Shown: piece by piece, positions 49,494-58,831 of the stretch
Layout: each line of letters opens with the position of its first letter
Numbering within the stretch: position 1 is the stretch's first letter
Source: an uncultured Nitrospiraceae bacterium
GTDB taxonomy: Bacteria; Nitrospirota; Thermodesulfovibrionia; Thermodesulfovibrionales; Dissulfurispiraceae
Direction: 5' to 3'
Assembly: GCA_963727805.1 (NCBI GenBank)
Contig: CAVSHF010000005.1
Span: forward strand, 288,001 to 352,000
DNA: 64,000 nt
Program-made: the position numbers and the translations under genes
The notes under the pieces: model-generated
The model's database searches: none
Seen by the model: only the letters and a program-made list of their open reading frames with translations
Told to the model about the DNA's origin: nothing

Positions 49494-49537
49494 TTACTAA
49501 ATATGGTAGCACGGTTTACCATATCCGGTAAACCGTG
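49494..49537. promoter_or_regulatory. Putative upstream activator sites (2x TTAC-N8-GTAR)
   Basis: TTAC-N8-GTAG at 49494 and TTAC-N8-GTAA at 49516; the second sits in the perfect 11-bp inverted repeat CACGGTTTACC-N6-GGTAAACCGTG (49510-49537). Confidence 0.6.
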
Positions 49538-49582
49538 AAAAGAGAATTTATGTAACTGTCTGTATTTATATACATTTCTACC

Positions 49583-49598
49583 TTGGCACGAAACTCGC
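49583..49598 (+). promoter_or_regulatory. Sigma54 -24/-12 promoter
   Basis: TTGGCACGAAACTCGC, GG-N10-GC; divergent from a sigma54 activator gene. Confidence 0.8.
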
Positions 49599-49641
49599 CA
49601 ATAAAGAAAAAAATACAGGAGTAATTCAAAGAGGGAATGCT

Positions 49642-50046
49642 ATGAAATGGGTTGAGATTATTTCATTACGTTGTGCTGCAAACATCGATGCGCTGTTCGT
49701 GAACGTAGTGAACGAACTTTTCAAAGCGATCAGCGAGTCTGATTCGGCGACGGATGCGCCAGAGCATCTGGTAGAAATAAGGGGATATCATCATTCCATA
49801 GTGGAGACCGATTTGAGCATCCATATCTATTGGGATGCTGAATCGGGGAGCCAGGACAAGAGTCCTCTCGGGCTAAGATTTTCTGCTGCTTTAAGAGATC
49901 TGGGACTGCTGAATCATTCCGTATGGGTTGAGACAGCGGCCCTCGAATTCCCTCTCAGTTATGGGAACCCCAGATCCCTAGACATCTTGGAATCGGATAG
50001 GAAGGACATATCAAAAGATTTACTGAGTAATGGGGGAAAATTCTGA
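49642..50046 (+). CDS. Hypothetical protein, first gene of the sigma54-driven RND operon
   Basis: 134-aa ORF with GAGGG RBS directly after the sigma54 promoter; no recognised family. Confidence 0.7.
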   Translation: MKWVEIISLRCAANIDALFVNVVNELFKAISESDSATDAPEHLVEIRGYHHSIVETDLSIHIYWDAESGSQDKSPLGLRFSAALRDLGLLNHSVWVETAALEFPLSYGNPRSLDILESDRKDISKDLLSNGGKF

Positions 50047-50130
50047 AACAAAAATGAATCTTCTTGTTGATGAATTTGGAATATAAGTACTACCGAAACA
50101 CGACGAGAGTCGATCAAAAAGGAGCGTAAA

Positions 50131-51246
50131 ATGACGAAAAGAATAAGAGCAATCTCAATCATCGCCTGCCAATCAATCTTAGCGATTTCACTGGCGGCAT
50201 GCTCAGGTGACGCCGACAAGAAGCAAGCAGACGGTGAACCCGTGCCGGTGGCAGTCGGAAAAGTTCAAAAAGTGCAGGAACGTGAAACGATATCAGTGAG
50301 CGGCACGGTCACCACGCCAAACTCACCGTCTAACGTATCGTTTCTCGTGTCTGGAAAGGTCGTCTTTGTAGGCCCGCGGGAAGGTGATTATGTCAGCAAG
50401 GGGCAGAGACTTGCATCTATTGACCCAACGGATTACCAGCTGGCCCTTGCTGCGGCTAAGGCACAGGCAGACATGACCGGAGTCGTGTTTAAACGTTCAG
50501 AGGATGAGCATCGGCGGATGAAGATGTTGTACGACTCGAATAGTCTTGCCCCGAACGATTACCAAAAATTCAAAGCTTTGTTTGATTCTGCCGCCCAGCA
50601 GCACGAGCAGACCGTTGCCTCAGAAAAGCTGTCCCGGAAACGTCTGACGGATGCGACTCTGTGTGCGCCCACCAGCGGCTACATCTCGAAACGGATGATA
50701 GAGCCGGGTGCTGCCGCCGCTCAGGGGCAGCCCGTCTTTGAGATCGTTCAGATGGATCCCGTCGAGGTGAATGTCGGCGTTCCTGAAACGGACGTGCACC
50801 TCGTCAGGATAGGACAGAAAGCGGAGATTACGGTTCCAGCTCTCCAGGGAAAGTCATTCGAGGGTACGGTTCGAATCATAAACGTTTCCGCAGATCCCAA
50901 TACACGAACCTACATGACCAGGATCAGTGTGGCCAATCGCGAACACTTCCTGCGTGTGGGGATGGTTGCGGAAGCAACCATCCGCGGGGACCGGACGGTA
51001 TCTATGGTGACGCTTCCGGGGGATGCGGTTGTACGTGATCCGCAGGGCGCGACGCAAGTATTCGTCTACTACCCCGACCAGAAGCGAGTATACACGAAGC
51101 GAGTGGAAGTAGGAGCGGTAGTCAACAAAGACGTCGAAATAAAGAGCGGACTTTCCGGCGATGAGCTGATCGTTCTTGGTGGCCAGACAAGGCTCAGAAA
51201 CGGTCTGCCCGTGTCGGCAACAGAAAACCAGACCGAACGCAAATAA
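50131..51246 (+). CDS. RND efflux periplasmic adaptor (MFP), lipoprotein
   Basis: Lipobox LAAC; VSGKV..V...EGD.V.KGQ.LA.ID, APTSGYI, GLSGDE. Confidence 0.93.
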   Translation: MTKRIRAISIIACQSILAISLAACSGDADKKQADGEPVPVAVGKVQKVQERETISVSGTVTTPNSPSNVSFLVSGKVVFVGPREGDYVSKGQRLASIDPTDYQLALAAAKAQADMTGVVFKRSEDEHRRMKMLYDSNSLAPNDYQKFKALFDSAAQQHEQTVASEKLSRKRLTDATLCAPTSGYISKRMIEPGAAAAQGQPVFEIVQMDPVEVNVGVPETDVHLVRIGQKAEITVPALQGKSFEGTVRIINVSADPNTRTYMTRISVANREHFLRVGMVAEATIRGDRTVSMVTLPGDAVVRDPQGATQVFVYYPDQKRVYTKRVEVGAVVNKDVEIKSGLSGDELIVLGGQTRLRNGLPVSATENQTERK

Positions 51247-51270
51247 ATCTATCCTGAGAGGAACAGCATT

Positions 51271-54200
51271 ATGAATTCGATAAAATTTTGGCTTCGCTAT
51301 CCCTCCGTAACCATCATATTGACAGCAATGCTCGTCTTCGTCGGCGTCCACGCCTTCCTGAAAATGCAAAGGACTGAAGATCCGACGATCACCATCAGAA
51401 CCGGCATCGTGGCCGCGATGTACCCCGGAGCAACCTCCGAGCAGGTGGAGAAACAGGTTACTAAAACCCTTGAGAAGCACATCTTCAAGTTTCCGGAGGT
51501 GCGGAAGGAAAAGACCTATTCCACAAGCCGTCCCGGCGTGGTCATCATCAATGTCGAGTTGGAGGACAACGTCAAGAATTCAGACCAGTTCTGGGCCAAA
51601 CTGCGCCATGAAATGAACCTGACTCGCGCCACCGAACTCCCCGCCGGCGTCATGGGGCCGGTAGTTAATTCCGATTTCGGCGATACCGTAGCAATGCTGG
51701 TAGCCGTCCATGGCAAACGGTACGGGTATCGGGAACTGCGCGATTTCGCGGACAAGATCCACGACGATATGCGCACCGTCCGCATGGCAGGTAAAATCGT
51801 AACCAATGGAAACCAGGGAGAGGAGATCTGGATCACCAGCAGCCTGGAAAGGATCTCACAGTATTTCGCCAACCCGGGCCAGATAGCGAATGCCTTGCGA
51901 CAGCGGAATGTCATCCAAAGCGGTGGGAATTTCGAGGCGAACCAGTCGAAGATTCCTCTCAGGACCACCGGAGTTTTCAACACTGAAAATGAAGTGCGGA
52001 ACATGCTGGTCGACGTTTCCAAGGACGGCCATCCTGTATACATCAAAGATTTCGCCAATGTGGAACGTCGCTATGAGGACCCGACATTTATGGTGCGTTA
52101 CGACGGCGAGCCCTGCCTGCTCCTCTCCGTCGAGATGCAGAAAGGGAAGAACATTGTCGAATTTGGTGAAGAGCTGGATAAAGTCTTCCAGCGCCTCAAG
52201 GTGCTTCTTCCCCCTGACGTCCAGCTGGACCTAGTTGCCAACCAGCCGGGGATGGTCAAGGAGCGGATAACCAGCCTGAGCCATGAATTCTTGATCGCCA
52301 TCATTGCAGTGGTTATCGTCATCATCCTGCTCCTCCCCATGCGGGTCGCTCTCATCGCAGCCCTGGCCATACCCATAAGCTTGTGCGGAACCCTCGGCGC
52401 CATGGAGGCGTTGGGGATAGCCCTGCATCAGGTATCCATCGCCGCGCTTATCGTGGTCCTCGGGATCGTAGTGGACAACGCCATCGTGGTAATCGACAAC
52501 TACGTGGAACTCCTGGACCACAAGGTGCCGAAGGCCGAGGCGGCCTGGCGGAGTGCGAGCGACGTCTTCATCCCGGTGCTGGTTGCCACCATCACGATCA
52601 TCGCCTCGTTCCTGCCGCTCCTGATCATCAACGGCTCCGCCGGCGAGTTCGTTATGGCGCTCCCCATCACGGTAGCCATCGCCTTGGCAGTTTCGTTCAT
52701 AGTGGCTGTCTTCATAACACCTCTCCTCTGTAGCTTTTTCATCAAGAAGGGGCTGCATGACCACGAAGCCGCTGAGGAACACGGCAAGGAGAAGAAAGGG
52801 CTGCTCGACCGGCTCCAAGATGCCTACGGAGTCTGGATCAAGGTCTTCATGAACAGAAAGTGGCTGGCCTACACACTCGGGGTGGCTGCGTTCGCTTTCG
52901 GAGTCTTGCTCTTCGTATTCGTGCCGCAGCAGTTCTTCCCCTCGGCCGAGCGCAACCAGTTCGTGATTGATGTCTGGATGCCCCAGGGAACGCGCATCGA
53001 GGCTACCGACGCAGTTATGAGTCGAGTCGAAAAAGCCCTCGCCTCCCGCAAGGGTGTCGAACACTACGCCGCCTTCGTCGGTCAGAGCGCCCCGAGATTC
53101 TACTACAACGTCAATCCGCAGCAGCCCGACGGCGCCTACGGCCAGTTCATCGTCAACACCTCGTCGGTCAAGGATACCGGGCGGCTGGTGAAGGAACTGC
53201 GACCGGCGCTGGCCGCACTGGCGCCGGAAGCGATGGTGATCGTGAAGGAACTCCAGCAGGGGTCCCAGATGGAGGCGCCCATCGAAGTGCGGATCGCCGG
53301 TGACGAAGTCGGGGAGCTGAAGCGGCTGGGAGAAAAGGTGCAGGGGATTCTGGAAGGTGTAGCAAATACCACGTACGTGCACCGGGACTACTTCAACGAC
53401 TCGTACATGGTGGACGTGAAGGTCAACGACGAGCTGGCAAACCGTCTCGGTTTAACGGATGCATCGGTGTCGCAAACCCTCTCCGGCGCATTCGACGGTG
53501 CTGCGGTAAGTACCTTCTGGGAAGGGGACCGCGCTGTCAGCATCAAGCTGCGGCTCGACCCGGCCTCCCGCTCATCCTTCGGGGACATCGGGAATACCTA
53601 TGTCAACTCCGATATGACAGGTGCCAAAGTCCCACTCCGTGCCATTGCCACGTTGGAGCCGGAGTGGCAGACCAGCAGGATCGTCCGCAGAAACGGCGTG
53701 CATACCTTGACGATTCGGGCCTTCCCGAAGCCGGGGGTTTATGCCTCGAAAATCCTGGAGCAGGCAATGCCTAAGATCAAAGCCCTGGAGCTCCCTACGG
53801 GCTACCGGATCTACTACGGCGGCGATAAGGATAACCAGGACGAGGTGTTCCCGCAGATGATCGGCGCTCTTGCGATCAGCCTGGTGGCGATCTTCCTGGT
53901 TCTGCTGGTGCAGTTCAGGAACATTTCCGAACCGCTCGTGGTGATGGCCTCCATCCCCCTAACCCTGTTCGGGGCAATGTTAGGCCTCTTGGTCACCCAC
54001 AATCCGTTCGGTTTCACTTCCTTCATGGGGGTCATCAGCCTGTGCGGAATCGTCGTAAGAAACGGCATCATTCTGGTCGACTACTGCAACGAAAGGATCG
54101 CTCAAGGAGCCACTCTGGAACAGGCTGCCCGGGAGGCAGGGGCGCGCAGGCTTCGGCCGATCTTCCTTACCTCCATGGCTGCCGCCGTGGGTATGGTCCC

Positions 54201-55698
54201 CATGATCCTCTCCGGGTCGAGCCTCTGGAGCCCGTTGGCGAGTGTTATGTCATTCGGCCTCGTTTTCTCCATGTGTTTTACTCTTCTGGTCATTCCTGTC
54301 CTGTTTGTGGCGGTCAAATCCCTCTCCCTCAAGGATATATCCATCAAGCACTGTGCTGCGGTCACAGTTGCGATCATGGCATGTGTTCTTTTCGCAGGAG
54401 GCAATGAAGCCTCGGCAGAACCGGTGAAGCAGTCCCTGATACTGTCGCAGGCGGTCGAACTGGCGCTTAAGCAGAACTCGGTGCTCAAAATCGCCCGGAC
54501 GAAAGTGGAGGAGAGCGATCAGAAGATTGTCTCGGCTCGGGCCCAATATTTTCCTGTTCTTTCGAATGACACAAAGTATATGGCATTGTCGAACAAGCAA
54601 CTCGTGACCATTCCGGCTGGGAGTATGGGAAATATCGGTGGGACCTCCTTTCCGAACAATGACGTGAAGATAAACCAGAGCCGCTCCACCATCCTGTATA
54701 GCGAGACAACGCTGGCACAGCCGATAACACAGCTTCTCAAAATCAATGAAGCCAATGAGATAGCCAAGGCTGATCGCGGCATTGCAAAAGCTGAAACGAA
54801 GAGGTCGGAAAACGATATTGTTCTTTTGGTACATCAGTTCTATTACGCCTTGCTGGTTGCTAACAAAGAAAAAGATGCCGCCGAGGCCTCGCTTGCTGCG
54901 GCGCAGGAGAACCTGCGTGAGTCGCAAGAAGCGGTGAGTGCCGGCAATGTTCTGGATGTGGCGGTCACCGCGGCGCAGGCTAATCTGCTCCAGCGCAGGC
55001 AAGCGCTGATTGTCGCGGATAACCGCATCTCGGATATAACCGCCGAACTCGACGACTTATTGGGTCTGCCCAGTGACGTAATCCTGGATGTGACCGAGAC
55101 AGGTTTGCCGAAGATGAGAGAACCTTTAAAGATGCTTGCCTATGATCAGGCCCGTGCCGGAAACGGTGAATTGCTTGCAGCCCGCGAAACAGTAGTGAAG
55201 TCGCGCCACGCAGTCAGCGCTGCACGGGACGAATACATTCCCGACGTTACAATGTTTGCCAAGCACGGCTATCAGGACGGAGCGCCGTTCCTAGCGAAGA
55301 ACGTCGGCATTTTCGGGTTCCAGCTGACTTGGAACATCTTTGACTGGGGCAAGCGAAAGGGAGAAGTCGGCCAACGGCTCGCCCAACAGTCGCAGGCTGA
55401 AGAGAACCTGGCGCGGATTGACAAGCGGATAGGGATTGAAATCGACAAGGCATACCGGAAGGTGGATCGCTCGAAAAAAATGATGGATGTCTCCAGCGAA
55501 GCGCTTTCTCTGTGCAGGGAAAATGCGCGGCTCAGCGAAAACCGCCTCAAGGCCGGAACCGTGACTGCAGCCAAACATGCTGAAACGGTTGCGGAACTAA
55601 AGAAGGCAGAGATGGAGGCACTTCAGACTTCTCTTGAATATCGTCTCGCGCTGGCAGAACTTGACAAAACAATCGGGTCGCTTGCGTCGTCGAATTAG
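51271..55698 (+). CDS. RND efflux permease (AcrB/CzcA superfamily) fused to C-terminal TolC-like outer membrane factor
   Basis: About aa 1-1020 is RND (YPGA.SEQVEKQVT, GIVVDNAIVV, RLRPIFLTS); aa 1050-1475 is TolC-like (L.QAVELALKQN, L.WNIFDWG, LAELDKTIG). Confidence 0.9.
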   Translation: MNSIKFWLRYPSVTIILTAMLVFVGVHAFLKMQRTEDPTITIRTGIVAAMYPGATSEQVEKQVTKTLEKHIFKFPEVRKEKTYSTSRPGVVIINVELEDNVKNSDQFWAKLRHEMNLTRATELPAGVMGPVVNSDFGDTVAMLVAVHGKRYGYRELRDFADKIHDDMRTVRMAGKIVTNGNQGEEIWITSSLERISQYFANPGQIANALRQRNVIQSGGNFEANQSKIPLRTTGVFNTENEVRNMLVDVSKDGHPVYIKDFANVERRYEDPTFMVRYDGEPCLLLSVEMQKGKNIVEFGEELDKVFQRLKVLLPPDVQLDLVANQPGMVKERITSLSHEFLIAIIAVVIVIILLLPMRVALIAALAIPISLCGTLGAMEALGIALHQVSIAALIVVLGIVVDNAIVVIDNYVELLDHKVPKAEAAWRSASDVFIPVLVATITIIASFLPLLIINGSAGEFVMALPITVAIALAVSFIVAVFITPLLCSFFIKKGLHDHEAAEEHGKEKKGLLDRLQDAYGVWIKVFMNRKWLAYTLGVAAFAFGVLLFVFVPQQFFPSAERNQFVIDVWMPQGTRIEATDAVMSRVEKALASRKGVEHYAAFVGQSAPRFYYNVNPQQPDGAYGQFIVNTSSVKDTGRLVKELRPALAALAPEAMVIVKELQQGSQMEAPIEVRIAGDEVGELKRLGEKVQGILEGVANTTYVHRDYFNDSYMVDVKVNDELANRLGLTDASVSQTLSGAFDGAAVSTFWEGDRAVSIKLRLDPASRSSFGDIGNTYVNSDMTGAKVPLRAIATLEPEWQTSRIVRRNGVHTLTIRAFPKPGVYASKILEQAMPKIKALELPTGYRIYYGGDKDNQDEVFPQMIGALAISLVAIFLVLLVQFRNISEPLVVMASIPLTLFGAMLGLLVTHNPFGFTSFMGVISLCGIVVRNGIILVDYCNERIAQGATLEQAAREAGARRLRPIFLTSMAAAVGMVPMILSGSSLWSPLASVMSFGLVFSMCFTLLVIPVLFVAVKSLSLKDISIKHCAAVTVAIMACVLFAGGNEASAEPVKQSLILSQAVELALKQNSVLKIARTKVEESDQKIVSARAQYFPVLSNDTKYMALSNKQLVTIPAGSMGNIGGTSFPNNDVKINQSRSTILYSETTLAQPITQLLKINEANEIAKADRGIAKAETKRSENDIVLLVHQFYYALLVANKEKDAAEASLAAAQENLRESQEAVSAGNVLDVAVTAAQANLLQRRQALIVADNRISDITAELDDLLGLPSDVILDVTETGLPKMREPLKMLAYDQARAGNGELLAARETVVKSRHAVSAARDEYIPDVTMFAKHGYQDGAPFLAKNVGIFGFQLTWNIFDWGKRKGEVGQRLAQQSQAEENLARIDKRIGIEIDKAYRKVDRSKKMMDVSSEALSLCRENARLSENRLKAGTVTAAKHAETVAELKKAEMEALQTSLEYRLALAELDKTIGSLASSN

Positions 55699-55864
55699 GA
55701 GAGCAACGCTATGAGAATAATACCGAAAGCTAAGAGAAGAACGCAGAGGCATTGTCCATCATCAAGAATACATCGCAGTGAGCGGGAGTCGCAGGGTAGA
55801 AAATTCGCAATGCCCGCCGAATAAGAAAAGGCAAGGCGAATTAAGGAGACTAAAGGAGAAACCA

Positions 55865-58396
55865 ATGGCACAAAAGAATAATAAGAGACAGAACTGCAGG
55901 AGAAATACCAATCCGGCTGAGATTGTATCGCTTCCGCAAGAACGTGACGACATACGGACGGGAACGAGCTTGGAGACACTGAAACGGGCCATACTTGACA
56001 ATCTTAATTATATTCAGGGGTTAATTCCTGAACTGGCAACGAAAAACGATTGGTATATGGCGGTCGCCTACACTGTGCGTGACAGGATGATCGAGCATTT
56101 AACACGCTCGATAAAAAAGTTCCGGCAACCCGAAGTGAAAATCGCCAGCTACCTCTCTGCTGAGTTCCTTATGGGGCCTCATCTTGGCAATAATCTCCTG
56201 AATATGGGCCTGACGGATGGTGTACGGGAAGCGCTGAAGGAACTTGGCCTGGATCTGGACGACATCATCGAACTGGAGGCTGAGCCAGGACTCGGCAACG
56301 GCGGCCTGGGCAGGCTTGCCGCATGCTACATGGACTCTCTGGCGTCGTTAAATGTTCCTGCGATCGGCTACGGCATCAGGTATGAATTTGGCATCTTTGC
56401 TCAGGAGATCCGTGACGGATGGCAGGTCGAAAAGACCGACAAGTGGCTTAGTCTGGGAAACCCCTGGGAGATATGCCGTCCCGAGATAGCTTATCACGTA
56501 AATTTCGGCGGACGAACTGAGCAGTACCGGGACGAGGAGGGCTGTTTCAGAGTGCGCTGGGTCCCTGAGCGTGTCATAAAGGGGATAGCGTATGACACGG
56601 CGGTTCCAGCTTATCGGGACGAAGCAGTAAACCTGCTCAGGCTCTGGAAATCAGAGGCTGTAGAGTCCTTCGACTTTCAGGCATTTAATATCGGGGATTA
56701 CTACAAGGCAGTGGACGAGAAAGTGTTTTCCGAAACAGTAAGCAAAGTCCTCTACCCTAACGACGAGCCCGAAATAGGAAAGACTCTTCGACTCGGCCAA
56801 CAGTATTTCTTCGTCTCGTGCGCCCTTCAGGATATGATTCGTATCCTAGAGCTCCGTGGGAAAAAGATCGAGACGTTCCATGAAAGCTTTGCCATCCAGC
56901 TGAACGACACTCATCCTTCCATTGCTGTTGCAGAACTGATGAGGCTTCTTGTTGACGAGCATCTTATGGATTGGGAGCAAGCATGGAAGATCACCCAGCA
57001 AACTATGGCATACACCAACCATACATTACTGCCCGAGGCGCTCGAAAAATGGCCTCTGCAACTCTTCAGCCATATTCTTCCCAGGCACCTGGAGATCATA
57101 TATGAGATCAACAGCAGATTCCTTGACGAAGTCCGACTGAGATTTCCCGGAGATGACGGCCGGGTTGCGCGTCTGTCCATCATCGATGAAGGTGGTGATA
57201 AGTATGTGCGAATGGCGCATCTAGCCTCGGTGGGGAGTCATTGCATCAACGGCGTGGCTGCGCTGCACTCAGACCTTCTCACCAAGACGGTTCTTAAAGA
57301 CATGCATGACCTTTATCCCGATCGTTTTATGAATGTCACTAACGGGGTGACCCCGAGGCGCTGGCTGGCCCTGAGCAACCCTGGACTAACTGGACTCATC
57401 ACAAGAACCATAGGGGACCGGTGGATCAATAATTTTGAAGATGAGATCAGGAAGATCAAGCCGTTTACTGAGGATTCCGCGTTCCGGACGGAGTGGGACA
57501 TTATAAAACGTGACAATAAAACCAGGCTTGCTGCGCTTATAAGTGAAAGGACCGGGGTCACGGTTGATCCTGATTCGATGTTCGACATCCAGGTGAAGCG
57601 GATACATGAGTACAAGCGGCAGCATCTCAACATTCTGCACATTATTACCTTGTACAATCGCATCAAGAAATCCCCCAGTCAGCACGTAGTGCCCCGCACC
57701 TTTATCTTCGGAGGAAAGGCCGCTCCCGGCTACTTCATGGCAAAACTTATCATCAAGCTGATCAATTCCGTTGCTGACGTGGTCAATAACGATCCTGATG
57801 TTGACGGAAGGCTGAAAGTTGTCTTCTTTCCAAACTTCAACGTGAAGAACGCGCATCATATCTACCCTGCCGCAGACCTTTCGGAGCAGATATCTACTGC
57901 GGGGAAAGAGGCCTCGGGTACAGGCAACATGAAATTCTCAATGAACGGTGCTCTAACCATCGGCACCCTTGACGGCGCAAACATCGAAATCCGTGAGGAG
58001 GTCGGAGCCGAGAACTTTTTCCTCTTCGGACTTACCGCAGGGGAAGTCGAGGACCTGAAGGTCAAGGGCTATAATCCCCGGGGCTATTACGCCTCGAACG
58101 CAAACCTCAGGGAGGCGATCGATCAGATACGGTCAGGGCATTTCTCCCGGGGTGACAGGGAACTATTCCGGCCCTTGGTGGAAAACCTCATGAACTATGA
58201 TCCTTTCCTTCTGCTCGCAGACTATCAGTCCTATATCGATTGCCAGGACAGGGTCAGCTCAGCATATCGTAATCGGGACAACTGGCTGCGCATGTCGATC
58301 CTGAATGTGGCCCGCATGGGTAAGTTTTCGTCGGACAGATCGATACGGGAATACTGCGAAAATATCTGGAAGATAATGCCAGGCGCAGGGGCGTGA
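55865..58396 (+). CDS. glgP: Glycogen/starch phosphorylase
   Basis: GLGNGGLGRLAAC, QLNDTHP, KRIHEYKRQ, EASGTGNMKF; ATG at 55865 follows an AAGGAG RBS. Confidence 0.96.
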   Translation: MAQKNNKRQNCRRNTNPAEIVSLPQERDDIRTGTSLETLKRAILDNLNYIQGLIPELATKNDWYMAVAYTVRDRMIEHLTRSIKKFRQPEVKIASYLSAEFLMGPHLGNNLLNMGLTDGVREALKELGLDLDDIIELEAEPGLGNGGLGRLAACYMDSLASLNVPAIGYGIRYEFGIFAQEIRDGWQVEKTDKWLSLGNPWEICRPEIAYHVNFGGRTEQYRDEEGCFRVRWVPERVIKGIAYDTAVPAYRDEAVNLLRLWKSEAVESFDFQAFNIGDYYKAVDEKVFSETVSKVLYPNDEPEIGKTLRLGQQYFFVSCALQDMIRILELRGKKIETFHESFAIQLNDTHPSIAVAELMRLLVDEHLMDWEQAWKITQQTMAYTNHTLLPEALEKWPLQLFSHILPRHLEIIYEINSRFLDEVRLRFPGDDGRVARLSIIDEGGDKYVRMAHLASVGSHCINGVAALHSDLLTKTVLKDMHDLYPDRFMNVTNGVTPRRWLALSNPGLTGLITRTIGDRWINNFEDEIRKIKPFTEDSAFRTEWDIIKRDNKTRLAALISERTGVTVDPDSMFDIQVKRIHEYKRQHLNILHIITLYNRIKKSPSQHVVPRTFIFGGKAAPGYFMAKLIIKLINSVADVVNNDPDVDGRLKVVFFPNFNVKNAHHIYPAADLSEQISTAGKEASGTGNMKFSMNGALTIGTLDGANIEIREEVGAENFFLFGLTAGEVEDLKVKGYNPRGYYASNANLREAIDQIRSGHFSRGDRELFRPLVENLMNYDPFLLLADYQSYIDCQDRVSSAYRNRDNWLRMSILNVARMGKFSSDRSIREYCENIWKIMPGAGA

Positions 58397-58434
58397 TGAA
58401 ACAATGGTCAGGGAACAATTACCCGGGGGATGCC

Positions 58435-58824
58435 ATGATTGATAGAATGCGGGGGAAGAGTTTTCCTCTTGGGGCGACCGTTTCCCAAGAGGGGGTAAAT
58501 TTCAGCGTCTTCTCGAAGAGCGCTGCTTCTGTGGAATTGCTGCTTTTTGAAGACGCCGGTGATCCTGCGCCATTCCGTACAATTCTGCTCGATCCGAGGA
58601 AGAACAGGACATATCATTATTGGCATGCCTTTGTCCCTGATATCGGTCCGGGACAAATCTACGGATATCGTGTCCACGGCCCCAACGCCTCCGAGCGCGG
58701 CATGCGATTCGATTCCGAAAAAGTACTGCTTGACCCATATGGAAAAGCGGTTGTTATTCCAGAAAAATACAGCCGGCCGCTGGCGAGCGCTATTCTGGCA
58801 CTTGCAGCTCCGGATAGAAGTTGA
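58435..58824 (+). pseudogene. glgX: Truncated glycogen debranching enzyme (N-terminal CBM48 domain only)
   Basis: FPLGAT....GVNFSVFS, YWHAFVPDIGPGQIYGYRVHGP, RF...KVLLDPYGKA; stops after about 129 aa with no catalytic domain. Confidence 0.85.
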
Positions 58825-58831
58825 GGACATT

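Noticed and set aside
52231..53382. 383-aa antisense ORF and other long antisense ORFs (e.g. 3044-3988, 21716-22462, 54250-55002)
   Set aside because: Shadows of well-supported genes on the opposite strand, with no recognisable motifs
55802..55842. Imperfect hairpin AATTCGC..TGCC/GGCA..GCGAATT upstream of the glgP RBS
   Set aside because: Large loop, no U-tract and no riboswitch consensus; cannot be told from chance
58547..58831. N-terminal extension of the AI-2E ORF in the track
   Set aside because: Overlaps the glgX fragment in another frame; GTG at 58832 with a GAGGA RBS is the better start
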